From: Octopus bimaculoides
Lineage: Eukaryota
DNA length: 64,000 nucleotides
Direction of reading: 5' to 3'
Assembly (NCBI RefSeq): GCF_001194135.2
Contig: NC_068993.1
Coordinates: 2,151,753 to 2,215,752 of the forward strand
Position 1 is the stretch's first letter, and every line of letters starts with the position of its first letter. This document shows positions 39,416-52,585 of this stretch, one piece after another. The position numbers were made by a program, and so were the translations under genes. A model generated the notes under the pieces. It was not told the DNA's origin. It saw only the letters and a program-made list of their open reading frames with translations, and did no database searches.

Positions 39416-42400
39416 GAAGATCTAATTGAGAAAATCAGAATAAAATAATCAAAGTGATAAGTGTATATGTCCCATGTCGAATGAATTTTAGTCTGATTAA
39501 ATGCAACAAAGTGCTTGGATAGTTGATAAAAATATAATTGTCGGTGGTTGAAAGCTGATCATCAGCGCGTGTATGAGACATACCTATTGTATAACAGCTT
39601 TCAGAGGAAAAGCATTTAACTGCTATCAGTTCTGTCAGTATCTCACTGATCCAGTTGATGTGTCAGTTTATTCACTGGCTGATAATGTGCCATTAATGAC
39701 AAGGGATTGTTATGAATGGTTATAAAAATTTTAGGAAACATGGGAATATCTTCCTCCTTTACTAACAAATATTTGGTAGCTTTTTTCCATTTAAAATGTT
39801 TCTCTTTTTTCAGCATCTTTGCACACAGTGCCATTATTATGTGTTAATCAGAGTAAAGTATAAAGATATGAAAATCAATAAATCCTTATCGATTTCGGCA
39901 TTTATTCTCTCAAAAGCACGATAATATAATTGATGAAGTAAATGCCATAAAGTTTTGAAAAAGGTGCGAATTAAGCATTAGTCTTATAAAATTTTATGAT
40001 AAACCATTTTCCAAATTTTCTTGTAATCCACCAGGGAAACACGTTAAGAGATAAGTCAGAATGTAGCTTAAGGAAATATTTAAAATGGATGGGAAGAAGT
40101 AATTAATTTGACAGATTAAAATAAACTTTGTAAGATTCTGGATTTAAATTCTATTACATCTATTTTATACAATCTCTAGGAACATGCTCCAGATGGAAAC
40201 AGGGAAGGGCATCGTGGATATATTAGAGGCAGCAATGTGAGGTTAACTGATATAAATATGCGATAGTTTATCGAATACTTTTTAAAGGGTCTATATTATC
40301 ATAATGTTTCTAATGACTCATTATTGGTGTCACATATACCAATAACTGGTATATGTGGCATTAATTTAGTTTCGGTTATCAATACCATAATTGAGCGATG
40401 CAAGGCTACACCAATAATCAATTCTAAGAGATTGAATTTGCTGCAAGTAAAAGAACCCAACACAGAAGAGATCTAATGCAAATCATTACAAGCAACTAGT
40501 TCTTCGTTGAAGACGCCCCAAGGACCATGCGTCCAGTTCTAGATCCGAACCCTTGACTATGTCGCTGATGTGTATTACGGAGTATACGTCACGAAGTGTA
40601 TAAGAACAAAAACGCGTGACACTGATTTCTTTTCAATGCAGTCAGATTCAGGACTGGTTGCGCACTCTCACCTTTCTTCTTCCTTCTCGTTGTTGATTAT
40701 ATCATACTTCTGGGTTAGAGTCCCTTTATTCTCTGTAAGGTTTGAATAGTAACCTGCGCATCAGCTTAAAACATTTTATATAAAGTACACCACGACGATT
40801 ATGATAACAAGGAACAGAACTGAATATATTCTTTGGAATTAACCGAATGAAATTAGTGTGGTTAATCAAGCGGAATCTAATATTCACTAATCAGAATGTA
40901 TTCTTTGTTGAAGAGGAAATTTCCAGAATTTGCGGTTGTACTTTCGAAATAAAAATCATAGTCAACCCTGTGTAGATTTTTTCATGAGACTTATAAAACG
41001 TAGGAGGATTGACATTAAATTTTCAGGATGTCGGAAATAAACACAACTTGTGGAAGAGTCTGACACTAATCACAATAAGAATTTAGTCATCGATAAATGT
41101 GTTCTATATTAGGTAATTTCAAGCCAACGCTTTTACAGTTTATACCATCCATACTGACACGTCATAGAGTGTCATTCATTCATCATTGACAAAAGAAAAT
41201 GAAATACCCGTTTATATAAATTCATAGGTTGCAAGTTTCAAAATAAAAACATGAAACTCATATAGGCATCTTTGAAAAGGAGCCAGTTTGAGGACCTGTT
41301 GTTATAGATACCATTAGGTAGGTGTGTTCCACAAAGGCCACTAGATAAATCAGAAACAATTGCATCAAAGCTCGTCTTTGGTTATTTATTTAGCATCCAG
41401 AGAATCGTTCTTCATATTCTAAAAATTGGGGATTTTATTGAAATACATGATATTATATATAATTGAATAATATTTACGTACATCTTATCACGTAAATGAA
41501 TATTGTTAGCGTAAATGAGTGCTGTTGAAATGGAGTTTTGGATTAACGTTACCAAAATTACTGGGTATTATTTTCGTTCTCAATGTAACAGCAGAAACAC
41601 ATGGTAGATATATGAATAGTAATTTATCCATCTATTCAAGATTTTCAGAACATTCTGTGTCCGCCCTACTCTCGACGATGGTTGGTTAAGTCAGTGTGTC
41701 ATTTATAAAAGAATTTTAGTTTATTTTTGGCAGCAAAGTACAACTATAATAATAAAAGTTGTATAACTGTTTAAAGCTGTAAATAACTATATATTGAGAT
41801 TTAGGGGCCTCTCCTATCACGACAAAGACAGTATAGAGGAACATCTATGTATTGTCATAGACACGATCGATTGCCACTCCCCACCCCGAGCAAAGCTGGA
41901 TGTAAATACTAGAATAAAAAGATAATTATTATATATTTCCATATATGTAAATGTTAAAATGTCATAACTCTATTTTTTTCTCTCTCTTCGGTATAAAACC
42001 TATATCACTAACACATTTCCATTTACAAACAGGCAAAGGAATTAAGCAGGATCATTAGGCCATATCCGTAGGCCAAATACATGATAACATCGAGGGAATT
42101 TATTGAAATACTCCAGAGGATAGAATTGTCTGGCTTGTTACGTTCTTTACGTGTTGAGAACTTATTAGCAAGTATACCCTACATAAATATAATTGTAAAC
42201 ACACTTCCTTAAAAGCATCGCTTTTATACAAAGATGCACTGAAAGAGGTAGCTTCGTTGTTGCATACATAACAAATGACCTATTTTTACTTATTTCTATG
42301 TGTGTTTTCCTTCGGAGTTATTAGTTGTACCACTTTGAATAAAACTCTGTTATTTATAACCTAAGTCATTTTGTGAAATTACCTTTCTTAGAAAATTGTT

Positions 42401-42680
42401 CCATAAACATTAAAATGACATTAGATCTCTAACCAAGAACTACTTCGCTTTCGTGTCACCAGTATATTCATTATCATTACTGCAGACATTTTTTGTAAAC
42501 TTCAAATTCCATTTTTCTTTGTATCACTTTATGACAGTCGCATTACATTTTGCTACTGGTGCATAGGTTAATATGTTCATTCTACATCAATTAGACGATG
42601 TGTGGGATTACCGCACGTCTCCCTGTTTCTATGATCAAAGTATTTCACGTTACTTCGTCAGTACCACTGCCTGACCCCCC

Positions 42681-42771
42681 GGGCAAGTGTCTTCGTCTAT
42701 AGCCACAAGTCGACCAAATCCCTGTGAGTAGATTTGGTAGACGGAAGCGGAAAGAAGCTCAATATATATAT
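42681..42771 (+). mobile_element. 5'-truncated SINE family C running into (TA)n and a gap
   Basis: GGGCAAGTGTCTTCGTCTATAGCC...GACCAAA...TGTGAGTAGATTTGGTAGACGGAAGCGGAAAGAAGC. Confidence 0.8.
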
Positions 42772-42836
42772 NNNNNNNNNNNNNNNNNNNNNNNNNNNNN
42801 NNNNNNNNNNNNNNNNNNNNNNNNNNNNNNNNNNNN

Positions 42837-42881
<45 letters not shown>

Positions 42882-43733
42882 AGAAGGTCGGATAAAATAC
42901 ATTGTGAGACTTGATCCAATTCCTATACACCAGGCTCAAATATCGCTAAAGTCAACTTTTCGTTTCTTCTTTTAGTGGCTGAAAAGTCATGCATCTGTCG
43001 AGTATTTGTGTCGATATTTCGATCTCTGTCTGTTTTCCTGCCTTTCATTCTGTTTCCCTCTTTCTCACCTCTCTTTTCCTCTTGTTCTGTTCATTCCAGA
43101 CTCCGTACGTTGCAACGGCGTTCCTGCGATTTCATTAGAAGACGAGGATTACACAATACCACCATTCCTTAACTGGAGCCAAAATATTGATACCTGTTTG
43201 CTTCAAATTCAACATTTCTGCCAAAGAACAAACTGCCTATCTCGCTACCAGAAACACAGAAATTGAAAGCTGAGAAACATTCCTTCTCTCTTCAGAAGTA
43301 GCAACGTATGCTAAGCTAACGGTGCCGCAAATATTGCATTCAGAAAATTACATAACGATGTAGAGGCAAGAAGACATCCTGCTTAGCACCGACTTAAGAT
43401 GTGAAATAATCCAGCCTCTGCCCACACCTCACGACCTTGTGCATCTTTAATTATATTCATTGGTAGCGAATTATCTACAGTAATATTATATAACATCACC
43501 CCGTCCCTAGCAGAAACTCCCTTTTACAGATCCTCTAATTGTTACGTGTTGAGAGTTTATATTTACTTGTCAGGAATATCATGTTTATCTCTACAATACA
43601 AATACGCAGACTTGACTATGTTTACGAAAAATGTGGTTTAAAAAGTGAGTTTAATTGCTTTACTGTAATACTGTAATGAAGTTAACCACTAGAGATGAAC
43701 ATGCGTGTGTGTCTCGTTCTGTGTATATTTCTT

Positions 43734-43764
<31 letters not shown>

Positions 43765-44567
43765 ATGTATGTATGTATGTGTGAAGATTTAGATGCGTGT
43801 TTACACGAATGTAACTATGTATTTGTATAAATTATTGAATAAACAAAAAAATATTAAAGATATGAACAATTTCAATCATGACTCAAGCGTATTTGTCTGA
43901 TCTTTAGGAAAAACACACCTAAAACAACAAGCCATAAATTTATAATTTAACAATTTTTCTCATCAATCTTCTTTCTAAATAACAATGGTGGGGTTGGCGC
44001 AAATATTTGTATTAAATTTCCTTTGATATGCTGTGATCGGTTTACCTGCTATGGATTTCGATTATTTTAATCCTCTCTAGGGGAAATATTTAATAAACTC
44101 TAGTTATAATGTAGATGAAATTTGTCTTGCTTACTGACATAGCAGATAATTAAGTTTGATAGAATTAATTAAAGATTGCAAAAGTCGATTAAGATCCATT
44201 ATAAACGCGGAAATGAAATTCTGTGAAGAAAAGAAATTATGAAAAGCTAAATATTACGAAACGAAGAATATTAATAGACGTATATGTAGAATTTAAAACA
44301 TGTAACTCATTAATAAACTTACACCATTTCTTAATAAGGGAATTTATATACGCGTCTGTCCGCCCGTCTGTCAGTACTACTCGGCCTCTCTCTGTCTGAA
44401 TCACTATGTCAATATAGATGCATACGTACACACACACACACATATATAGACATATATATGTGTTTGCGTGTGTGTGTATGTGTGTGCGTATGCATGAGTA
44501 TTTTTATATACCTATACATACACATACACATATGTTTGCATTTATATATATACATATGTATATACAT

Positions 44568-44710
44568 AGGTGCAGGAGTGGCTGTGTGGTAAGTAGCTTG
44601 CTTACCAACTGCGTGGCACCTTCGACAAGTGTCTTTTACTATTGCCTCGGGCCGACCAAACCCTTGTAAGTAGATTTGGCAGACGGAAACTGAAAGAAGC
44701 CCGCCGTATA
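44568..44710 (+). mobile_element. SINE family C 5' half with a 25-nt deletion removing the B box
   Basis: GCAGGAGTGGCTGTGTGGTAAGTAGCTTGCTTACCAA|CTGCGTGGCACC; the 13001-13136 copy has CCACATGGTTCCGGGTTGAGTCCCA at the junction. Confidence 0.85.
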
Positions 44711-45143
44711 TATATATACATATACACACACACACATATTACTTATATATACACCCTGTGNNNNNNNNNNNNNNNNNNNNNNNNNNNNNNNNNNNNNNNN
44801 NNNNNNNNNNNNNNNNNNNNNNNNNNNNNNNNNNNNNNNNNNNNNNNNNNNNNNNNNNNNNNNNNNNNNNNNNNNNNNNNNNNNNNNNNNNNNNNNNNNN
44901 NNNNNNNNNNNNNNNNNNNNNNNNNNNNNNNNNNNNNNNNNNNNNNNNNNNNNNNNNNNNNNNNNNNNNNNNNNNNNNNNNNNNNNNNNNNNNNNNNNNN
45001 NNNNNNNNNNNNNNNNNNNNNNNNNNNNNNNNNNNNNNNNNNNNNNNNNNNNNNNNNNNNNNNNNNNNNNNNNNNNNNNNNNNNNNNNNNNNNNNNNNNN
45101 NNNNNNNNNNNNNNNNNNNNNNNNNNNNNNNNNNNNNNNNNNN

Positions 45144-45178
<35 letters not shown>

Positions 45179-45938
45179 CACACACACACATATTACTTAT
45201 ATATACACCCTGTGCTGATGACACTAGCTGTGCTTCCTCAAACTCATCGTCTTAATTCGCCCAGGAATGGGAGCACATCGAACATCTCTACAGGCTAACG
45301 AGCTGCCTCTTTTTTAAGATAGGTAGATTCATAAGATTGTTCAGCGATAAAAGACCGAGCATGAATAGAGTTCGTTTTGTGACAGTATATATTCGTTTTA
45401 TGGTTTGTAAGTAAAATGATCAAGATAAGATTTTTGACAGTTAACTTATCACTGAAGCCAGTGAAGAAATTCAGGTTGTGAATATTGTTCGTTACTTTAT
45501 TGGTCGTTATCTGGCTATGTTCATATGTAAAATAAGAGAGGATTTACGGTGCGGCTATACATTCAAATAATCTTCTTGTATACAAGTTATAGGCGATTTA
45601 TAGAGGAAGAACTCGCTACTAAAGTACTGGCTTCTTTTCTTCATGGAACCTCTGTTTGGCATTTACTCTAATCTGGGCCATTTATATTTTCCTGACTACT
45701 TTTGCTTTACCCTTTCACCTTCCCGTGATGTCAGTGTCTCATTCCAAAACATCACATATCTTTTCAAATTGCTCACTATTTTAATATAACATAAATAATG
45801 CTGCAGATATAATATTACGTAGTGTTCGGTAGTAACCTACAGCATTGCTCCTGCCTGTGTGTCAAGGATGGTTCTAAGGATCATACTTGCTCTTGTGGTT
45901 AGCATTATATATTTCTTTTTCTTTGGGTTTCCTTTCAG

Positions 45939-46013
45939 TTACCTCGCAGAATTACACACTATTCCAAGCATTTCAATAACGCAATAACTATTTTCTTTTC
46001 TAGCTTCCTTAAG
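45939..46013 (+). other. Candidate spliced exon, 75 nt, open only in phase 0 (LPRRITHYSKHFNNAITIFFSSFLK)
   Basis: Long pyrimidine tract ending TTTCAG and a perfect AAG|GTGAGT donor; no recognisable protein similarity. Confidence 0.28.
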
Positions 46014-46817
46014 GTGAGTTCGTTACAGTTATCTTTGGTCTATCGCTCATATATCTCAGCCATATTTATGATGAAATATTTCATGCTATTCCCTTCATTG
46101 CTGCAATAATTCCAAAGTCCAATATCAGTCAGGAATTGCATTGTCTATATTATTACACAACCTCAATATCCCAACGAAAACCCAAGAATGATTCCATCCT
46201 TGTGTCTCAGAGGATTCCTTAAGACTTTTCTCTTTGTGAAAATTCCATAACATACGTATGAACACGCTCACAAATAGATATACATATGTAAGTGTGTGTG
46301 AGTGTGTGTACGTGTGTGTGCCCGTATGTGCGTCTGTGCGTGTGTGTGTGTGTGTGTTCATATTTATAAAATATGAAAACAAAGCCGGAGTACAAATTAT
46401 ATTTGACTATAATTACATGGTAACACAAGGAACTTTAAGTATTAGATCACAGTTCCGATATCAGATTCGAATTACCAATTTTTCAGCACACATATGTGTA
46501 TATATGAGTACATATATATGTATATAATGACTGAAACTATTAAAAAAGTGAACGTATAAAAGATAAAAAATGAACTTATAAACATACATATTGAAAAAGT
46601 CGAAGGCAACAAGAACTACAGAAAGACATTTATTCGTAACCACTACAATTATTTCAACGGACCGTAGTTCTCCAGGTTCGCAGGTATTTGGGTATTTAAC
46701 CCTGCATTTACACAGAGTGAAATCTGAAGGTAGACGAGCTTTATACTGCACTTTATTATGTTTTTAACAGAATATAACCTAACTTTAAACACACACACAC
46801 ATAGATATAGATATGTG

Positions 46818-46854
<37 letters not shown>

Positions 46855-48129
46855 NNNNNNNNNNNNNNNNNNNNNNNNNNNNNNNNNNNNNNNNNNNNNN
46901 NNNNNNNNNNNNNNNNNNNNNNNNNNNNNNNNNNNNNNNNNNNNNNNNNNNNNNNNNNNNNNNNNNNNNNNNNNNNNNNNNNNNNNNNNNNNNNNNNNNN
47001 NNNNNNNNNNNNNNNNNNNNNNNNNNNNNNNNNNNNNNNNNNNNNNNNNNNNNNNNNNNNNNNNNNNNNNNNNNNNNNNNNNNNNNNNNNNNNNNNNNNN
47101 NNNNNNNNNNNNNNNNNNNNNNNNNNNNNNNNNNNNNNNNATATATATATAAATATATATATATATAAATATATATACACATACATACATATATTGACAA
47201 AATCGAACACGTATACACAAGGTGTGTGTCTTGTCAGTTCGTGGGTCGGCCGCGGTCTTTAGGAGTAACGGAATATATTTTTTATGCACCTGGTGTAAAG
47301 AGAGGGGGAGAGAGAGAGTGAAAGGGAGATGGAGAAATAAATACACTGAGATAAATCGGATGTTAGAGGCATGCTGAATCAGACTGACAGATAGACAGAG
47401 TGATAGGTGGATAAATTGGTAAATATATGGACGCATAAAGTTTATGGATTTGTGATTCTTGAAACACTATTATATTTTTACATTAGCAGATATGTCTCTG
47501 AGAATCACAAAAATAATATCAAAGTGGAGACTGAAGCCGTGTGGGAAGATGAATGGAAGTACTAGTTATTCCATTCATCACTAGTGATACATCCAAACAC
47601 CATGACGTCGAATAGATGTTTGATTTTTATCATTCTCGGTACATGTTTTCAAATCGCACTGTCCTCAGATTGACACCCAAAGACTGTGAAATATTCACAT
47701 TGGAGCTTCTGAACGGCGCCCAACTGATCCTACTATACTGTGTAGTCGTTTCTAACGATTCTGTCAATACTCATCTATATGCATATACATAGACACTTCA
47801 CTTACACATATACACGCACACGCACACACACACACGTATATACATATGTACACAGCCCCATACCTACATGAATAAACAATCATACACAAATATATGCACA
47901 CACACACATATATTACAGCATGTTAAGTTACGCCAGAAAATTATGCAAATCAGTGTGCCTATAATTTTACTGATATATGTGTGTGTGTATGTATGTGTGT
48001 GTGTGTATGTATGGATGCATGCATGTATATGCATGCATATGTGCATCTATTAGCATCCCTCTCACCAACAATTTCCGGTTAGGGAATCAGAATTTATTCT
48101 GTATTACTAATGATTCAAAGGGCTGCATG

Positions 48130-48700
48130 CTTTTCAAAGTATTTCTAAGAGGGCTTCCCATGCCAATATGAGCAATCCGTGGCCACCGGTGTGTCGAAAT
48201 CGACATATCATCGAGATTCCGTGAAAATATTTGTTGAATAGACTTTGAAAAAGGCTTAATATTCATTGAAGCTAACACATTTGAAAATATGTACTATGTT
48301 TTCGCTACATATGGCTAAATCAATTTCTTTGGCATTCCTGACATTTCCATAATCCATACCAAAGTATTCATAGGTTTATGCCGTTTAAAATATGAATCTA
48401 TCTTGCTTCACCATGGATGACATCTCATCCAACACTACCAACCTACCCATGATTATCTGCTTCAGTGACTATCTCAGGAACTATGCTGCGTTTGCTGTAC
48501 GAGAATATCTACATTGCCCCCAAACTGTAAATGCCTTTTGAGTTACCAAGCTGTGACAAGGCAGTTAAGGCAGTATATTTCTTTGAATACAATTACAAGG
48601 CCATCGAAGCAACAATGGGCATGTAAATAGATTTATTGCAAGTTTCATGCCGATATCCAGCATTCAGCTGAGCACAATTCAACAAACATTGATCACTCTG
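48130..48700 (+). pseudogene. Decayed RTE-clade LINE reverse transcriptase
   Basis: C*IDFEKG (48238, like FIDFEKAFD), FFGIPD (like YGIP), LLHHG (like VLHNG), QQW...KFHADIQHSAEH (48610-48670, like GIQW...DFADD..LLSH), in the correct order. Confidence 0.52.
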
Positions 48701-48914
48701 TTTAGGGAATAAGTTCATTTACGACCGTAATTTGATTGTAGCTATGAATTACACACGAGAAGCTATTTGTCACTTATGTAATAATATTTCAGAGCAGTTC
48801 TTAATCTACTGAAATTTATCTTTAGCTGAAAGATAGAGGATGCATCCAAGTGAACATTAGTGAATATATCATTTGACAGACGATCTTGTTTGCTACTCAC
48901 ACATAATATACGCT

Positions 48915-48918
48915 CACA

Positions 48919-48957
<39 letters not shown>

Positions 48958-49008
48958 ACACACATACACACACACACCCACACACGCACACACACACACA
49001 CACACACA
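48915..49008. repeat. (CA)n microsatellite
   Basis: Direct reading. Confidence 0.95.
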
Positions 49009-49428
49009 GAGAATGCGTGGCATTCGCTTATTACATTTCTGAATCGAAAAGACTCACCAACACAAGCACATAAATAGATACACACAGCGGCACGTATACA
49101 CTCAAATACAACTATACATTTCTTTACCATTCTGATGTGCATATATGAATATTTAAATACACATATACAGTTACACACACACACACACACACACATACGT
49201 ACAGATATATATATATTCTACATAAGTGCATATTTATATATATGTATATATATACGTGCATATGTATATATATATATATTCTAAATAAGTGCATATATAC
49301 TTGCACACGCATGCAATTACTCGCACACACATCACACACATACACACAACACACAAACACACACATTCACACACATATATATATATGTTTAGGTCTGTGG
49401 GAATGTACACATCGCATTGTTCTAGGTG

Positions 49429-49471
<43 letters not shown>

Positions 49472-49557
49472 NNNNNNNNNNNNNNNNNNNNNNNNNNNNN
49501 NNNNNNNNNNNNNNNNNNNNNNNNNNNNNNNNNNNNNNNNNNNNNNNNNNNNNNNNN

Positions 49558-49607
<50 letters not shown>

Positions 49608-50048
49608 GCGTATGTGTGTATAATCGATGTTATAGAACTACGTCACAGAACTTTTTTTCTTCTGAACAAAACATGGAATTTCATTATTTATTTTCAATGG
49701 AGTACGAAGCCCGAAATATAGCAATTTCATGGCCACAGACTCAAAAAGAATTCTCAAGTATTTTATCATTTTATGTTTTTCTTCATCAAATTCCTCGGAT
49801 TAATCTTAAAACCACCCACACTGATGGACAATTCAAATTAGTATCACCGATGTCTTTTTTCTTTGGTTATTTGTCTTGCCATAAACATCTAACCACCCCC
49901 ACCACTTACGCGCGCACACACACACACACACGATTTATTTGTTGTTGTTTATATTTTATTATTATAATTATTATTATAGTCGTGGCAGTGGTATTTAGAA
50001 GATGTAAAGGTGAAATATCACCACCACGACCATTTTCACCGTCATCCC

Positions 50049-50049
50049 T

Positions 50050-50121
<72 letters not shown>

Positions 50122-50130
50122 TTATTATTT
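50049..50130. repeat. (CTA)n microsatellite
   Basis: Direct reading. Confidence 0.95.
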
Positions 50131-50751
50131 GTAAGTTGTAGTTGTTGTGGTTGTGGTGGTATTGTCGGTTGTGTCGGTGGTGTTTTAATTATTGTTAATA
50201 TTATTGACTTGATAATTGCTTTATCATGTATTCTTCTCTGGTGAATTAAAGGCCTTTCAGACTCATATTTTTAGTAATTCTAATTAGGCATTCTTTACAG
50301 CTTTTCCAGCTCAGATATTGTATTGTAGCAGTGAGAGTGTGTGAGATAATGTCAGCCAATACAGGTGTGTGCTACGGTATGTATATATGTATATATACAC
50401 ACACACGCACACACACGGATATGTATGAGTGTGCGTGTGTAGGTCTGTGTGTTCCAGTGCTTTCGTATCTGAATGTTTGTGGCTGCATGTACATGTGTGT
50501 GTACAGGTGTGTATATGCTTTTGTATGATATACACTGACAAAAAAAAAAAAGAAGAATGAAAGAATATGGATGAGAGAGTTTGTATAGATGTCTGTGAGA
50601 GAATATTTGCATCTGAGATAGCAGGCAGACACACAGACAGAATGAAAGTGTGAATGAACGTGAGAAAATGTTTTCGTGGGAGAGTATTTATGCATGAGGC
50701 ACATAGTGGAAAATATAATGTGATATTAGAGAATGAGGATTGCTCTACTGA

Positions 50752-50811
<60 letters not shown>

Positions 50812-52118
50812 GATACATATGCACATGAACGTAATCACACCAACACAATATTAAGCAGACAATGTGTTGTTCAGTAAGATATAATGTAAAGTAGTAATAA
50901 CCAATTAAACAGGATGAAGAATATCTCTCAGTATGAATAATAAAGTGAATTCAGTGAAAGCCAATGAAGCGTGAATCTGCAGTTAGAATAGATAGAGAGG
51001 AATTTCCTTAGATCATAATGAAAATGAGTGTCAAAAGTTCCACTGTCAAATGAAACAATACAATACTTTCCATCAGACAAATGCGAAGCGTAATTACCTT
51101 TCTCCTTCTTATTTTCCTATTATTATTATTATTCTATTCTTTCATTCTTTTAGTCGAAGAAATTTAACAATGAAACATGTGAGAATGATGCACTGGCTCA
51201 TGACGTATTCAGTAAAGTTGGCTCCGCAGCAGCAGGAAAAAGTGTACTTTGATGAGAAGCTGCGTTACCTTACTAAGGTGTTTCATTCGTTTCTCACGAA
51301 ATCTAGTCCCGACACAAAACAGGGGAATGGAATTTTTTCCTATATATTTATTTAATTAAAATCTGCACTGTGAAGCAAGAATTATATAATGTTTGAGAGA
51401 ATGTTTTACGGTATCATGCATCGATGTTGATATGAATTATGATATAAAGTCAATTGTTCTTTCTGAATAACACATTTGGCTCAACTACAGTAATTAATCG
51501 ATTGCAATTAAACCCATATTTAGCACATAGAATGAACTATTCTTTGCTTAGTTATCGTTACTGGCATTAATATTTGCTTTACGAATTTTTACACCTGTAG
51601 TCTTGACTTAACTATCACTCATTTTCCTCTTTATGGACAGAACATATACTGTTTTTACCTTGGCAAAAACAGTATATGTGACTGGTCCCATAAACCGTAT
51701 ATATGACTAGGGCCCATAAAAAGCCATCTCTTTAGACGTCTGCTTTTAGACCAATATCAGTATAGAGAACTACGTGGAGGAAAAGTATGGGAATGAGGGA
51801 TTTGTTATAACATTGAAATGTCAAATGAAACATGAGTGTAGATGAAGAATTTCAATTTATGCTGACTGAAAATCAAACGATCGCATTTAGTCAATGAATA
51901 GCTGAAGAAGACATGACTTAGAATATTATAAAGCTTCGTCGGTGGGTCCCTTTCTCATGTCTGTATCAAACCGGTTGGCATGATGCACCACATTCGTATA
52001 TCCCTTACTTTCAATACACTATTCAAATCATGAATTAGATATAAATGTGTTAGCCTTAAAGCCACGAATGTTAAATTAAAACTCAACTCTTAACAATGCT
52101 ATGATTTGTTCATTGCAG

Positions 52119-52169
52119 ATTTACAAGTTTTCAGAACATCTAAAACCTATAGAAATTTATAGGACCCAA
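52119..52169 (+). other. Candidate spliced exon, 51 nt, open only in phase 0 (IYKFSEHLKPIEIYRTQ)
   Basis: Branch-point-like CTTAAC about 25 nt upstream, acceptor TTGTTCATTGCAG and donor CAA|GTAAGT. Confidence 0.3.
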
Positions 52170-52384
52170 GTAAGTGCCGCTGCTTTGGTTTGTGCCATTT
52201 TATGTTTTATCACAAGAGTTCAAATCTGTTGAATTTCTTATACTGTGACTACTATTAGTTTCAGAGAACGTTTTCTATTTGAGATATTAATCTATCTAAC
52301 AGAGTTAGATTTGCTTTGGCTGCTGTTTTTTTGTTTTTTGTCAGGTTATTGAAATATTTAAAACCTTGTTTGTAATATTTCATT

Positions 52385-52585
52385 AAGGCGGTGAGATGGC
52401 CGAATCGTTAGAACGCCGGACAAAATGCTTAGCGGCATTTGTCCGTCTTAATGTTCTGATTGAAAATTCAGCCTGGGTCGACTTTGCTTTTCATCCTTTC
52501 TGGGTCGATAAAATAAGTACCAGTTGAGCACTGGCTTACGGCCCTCTCTCGATGTTGCTGGTTTTGTGTCAAACTTTTAAACCAA
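52385..52585 (+). mobile_element. Near full-length SINE family A
   Basis: AAGGCGGTGAGATGGCCGAATCGTTAGAACGCCGGACAAAATGCTTAGCGGC...GGGTCGACTTTGCTTTTCATCCTTTCTGGGTCGATAAAATAAGTACCAG. Confidence 0.85.

Noticed and set aside
39540-39830. Possible mariner N-terminal relic (CYEWL*KF)
   Set aside because: A single weak motif.
42641-42665. Minus-strand CUGACGA-AGUAACGU-GAAA, similar to HHR-2
   Set aside because: Stem II is broken and no stem III, cleavage site and stem I combination pairs.
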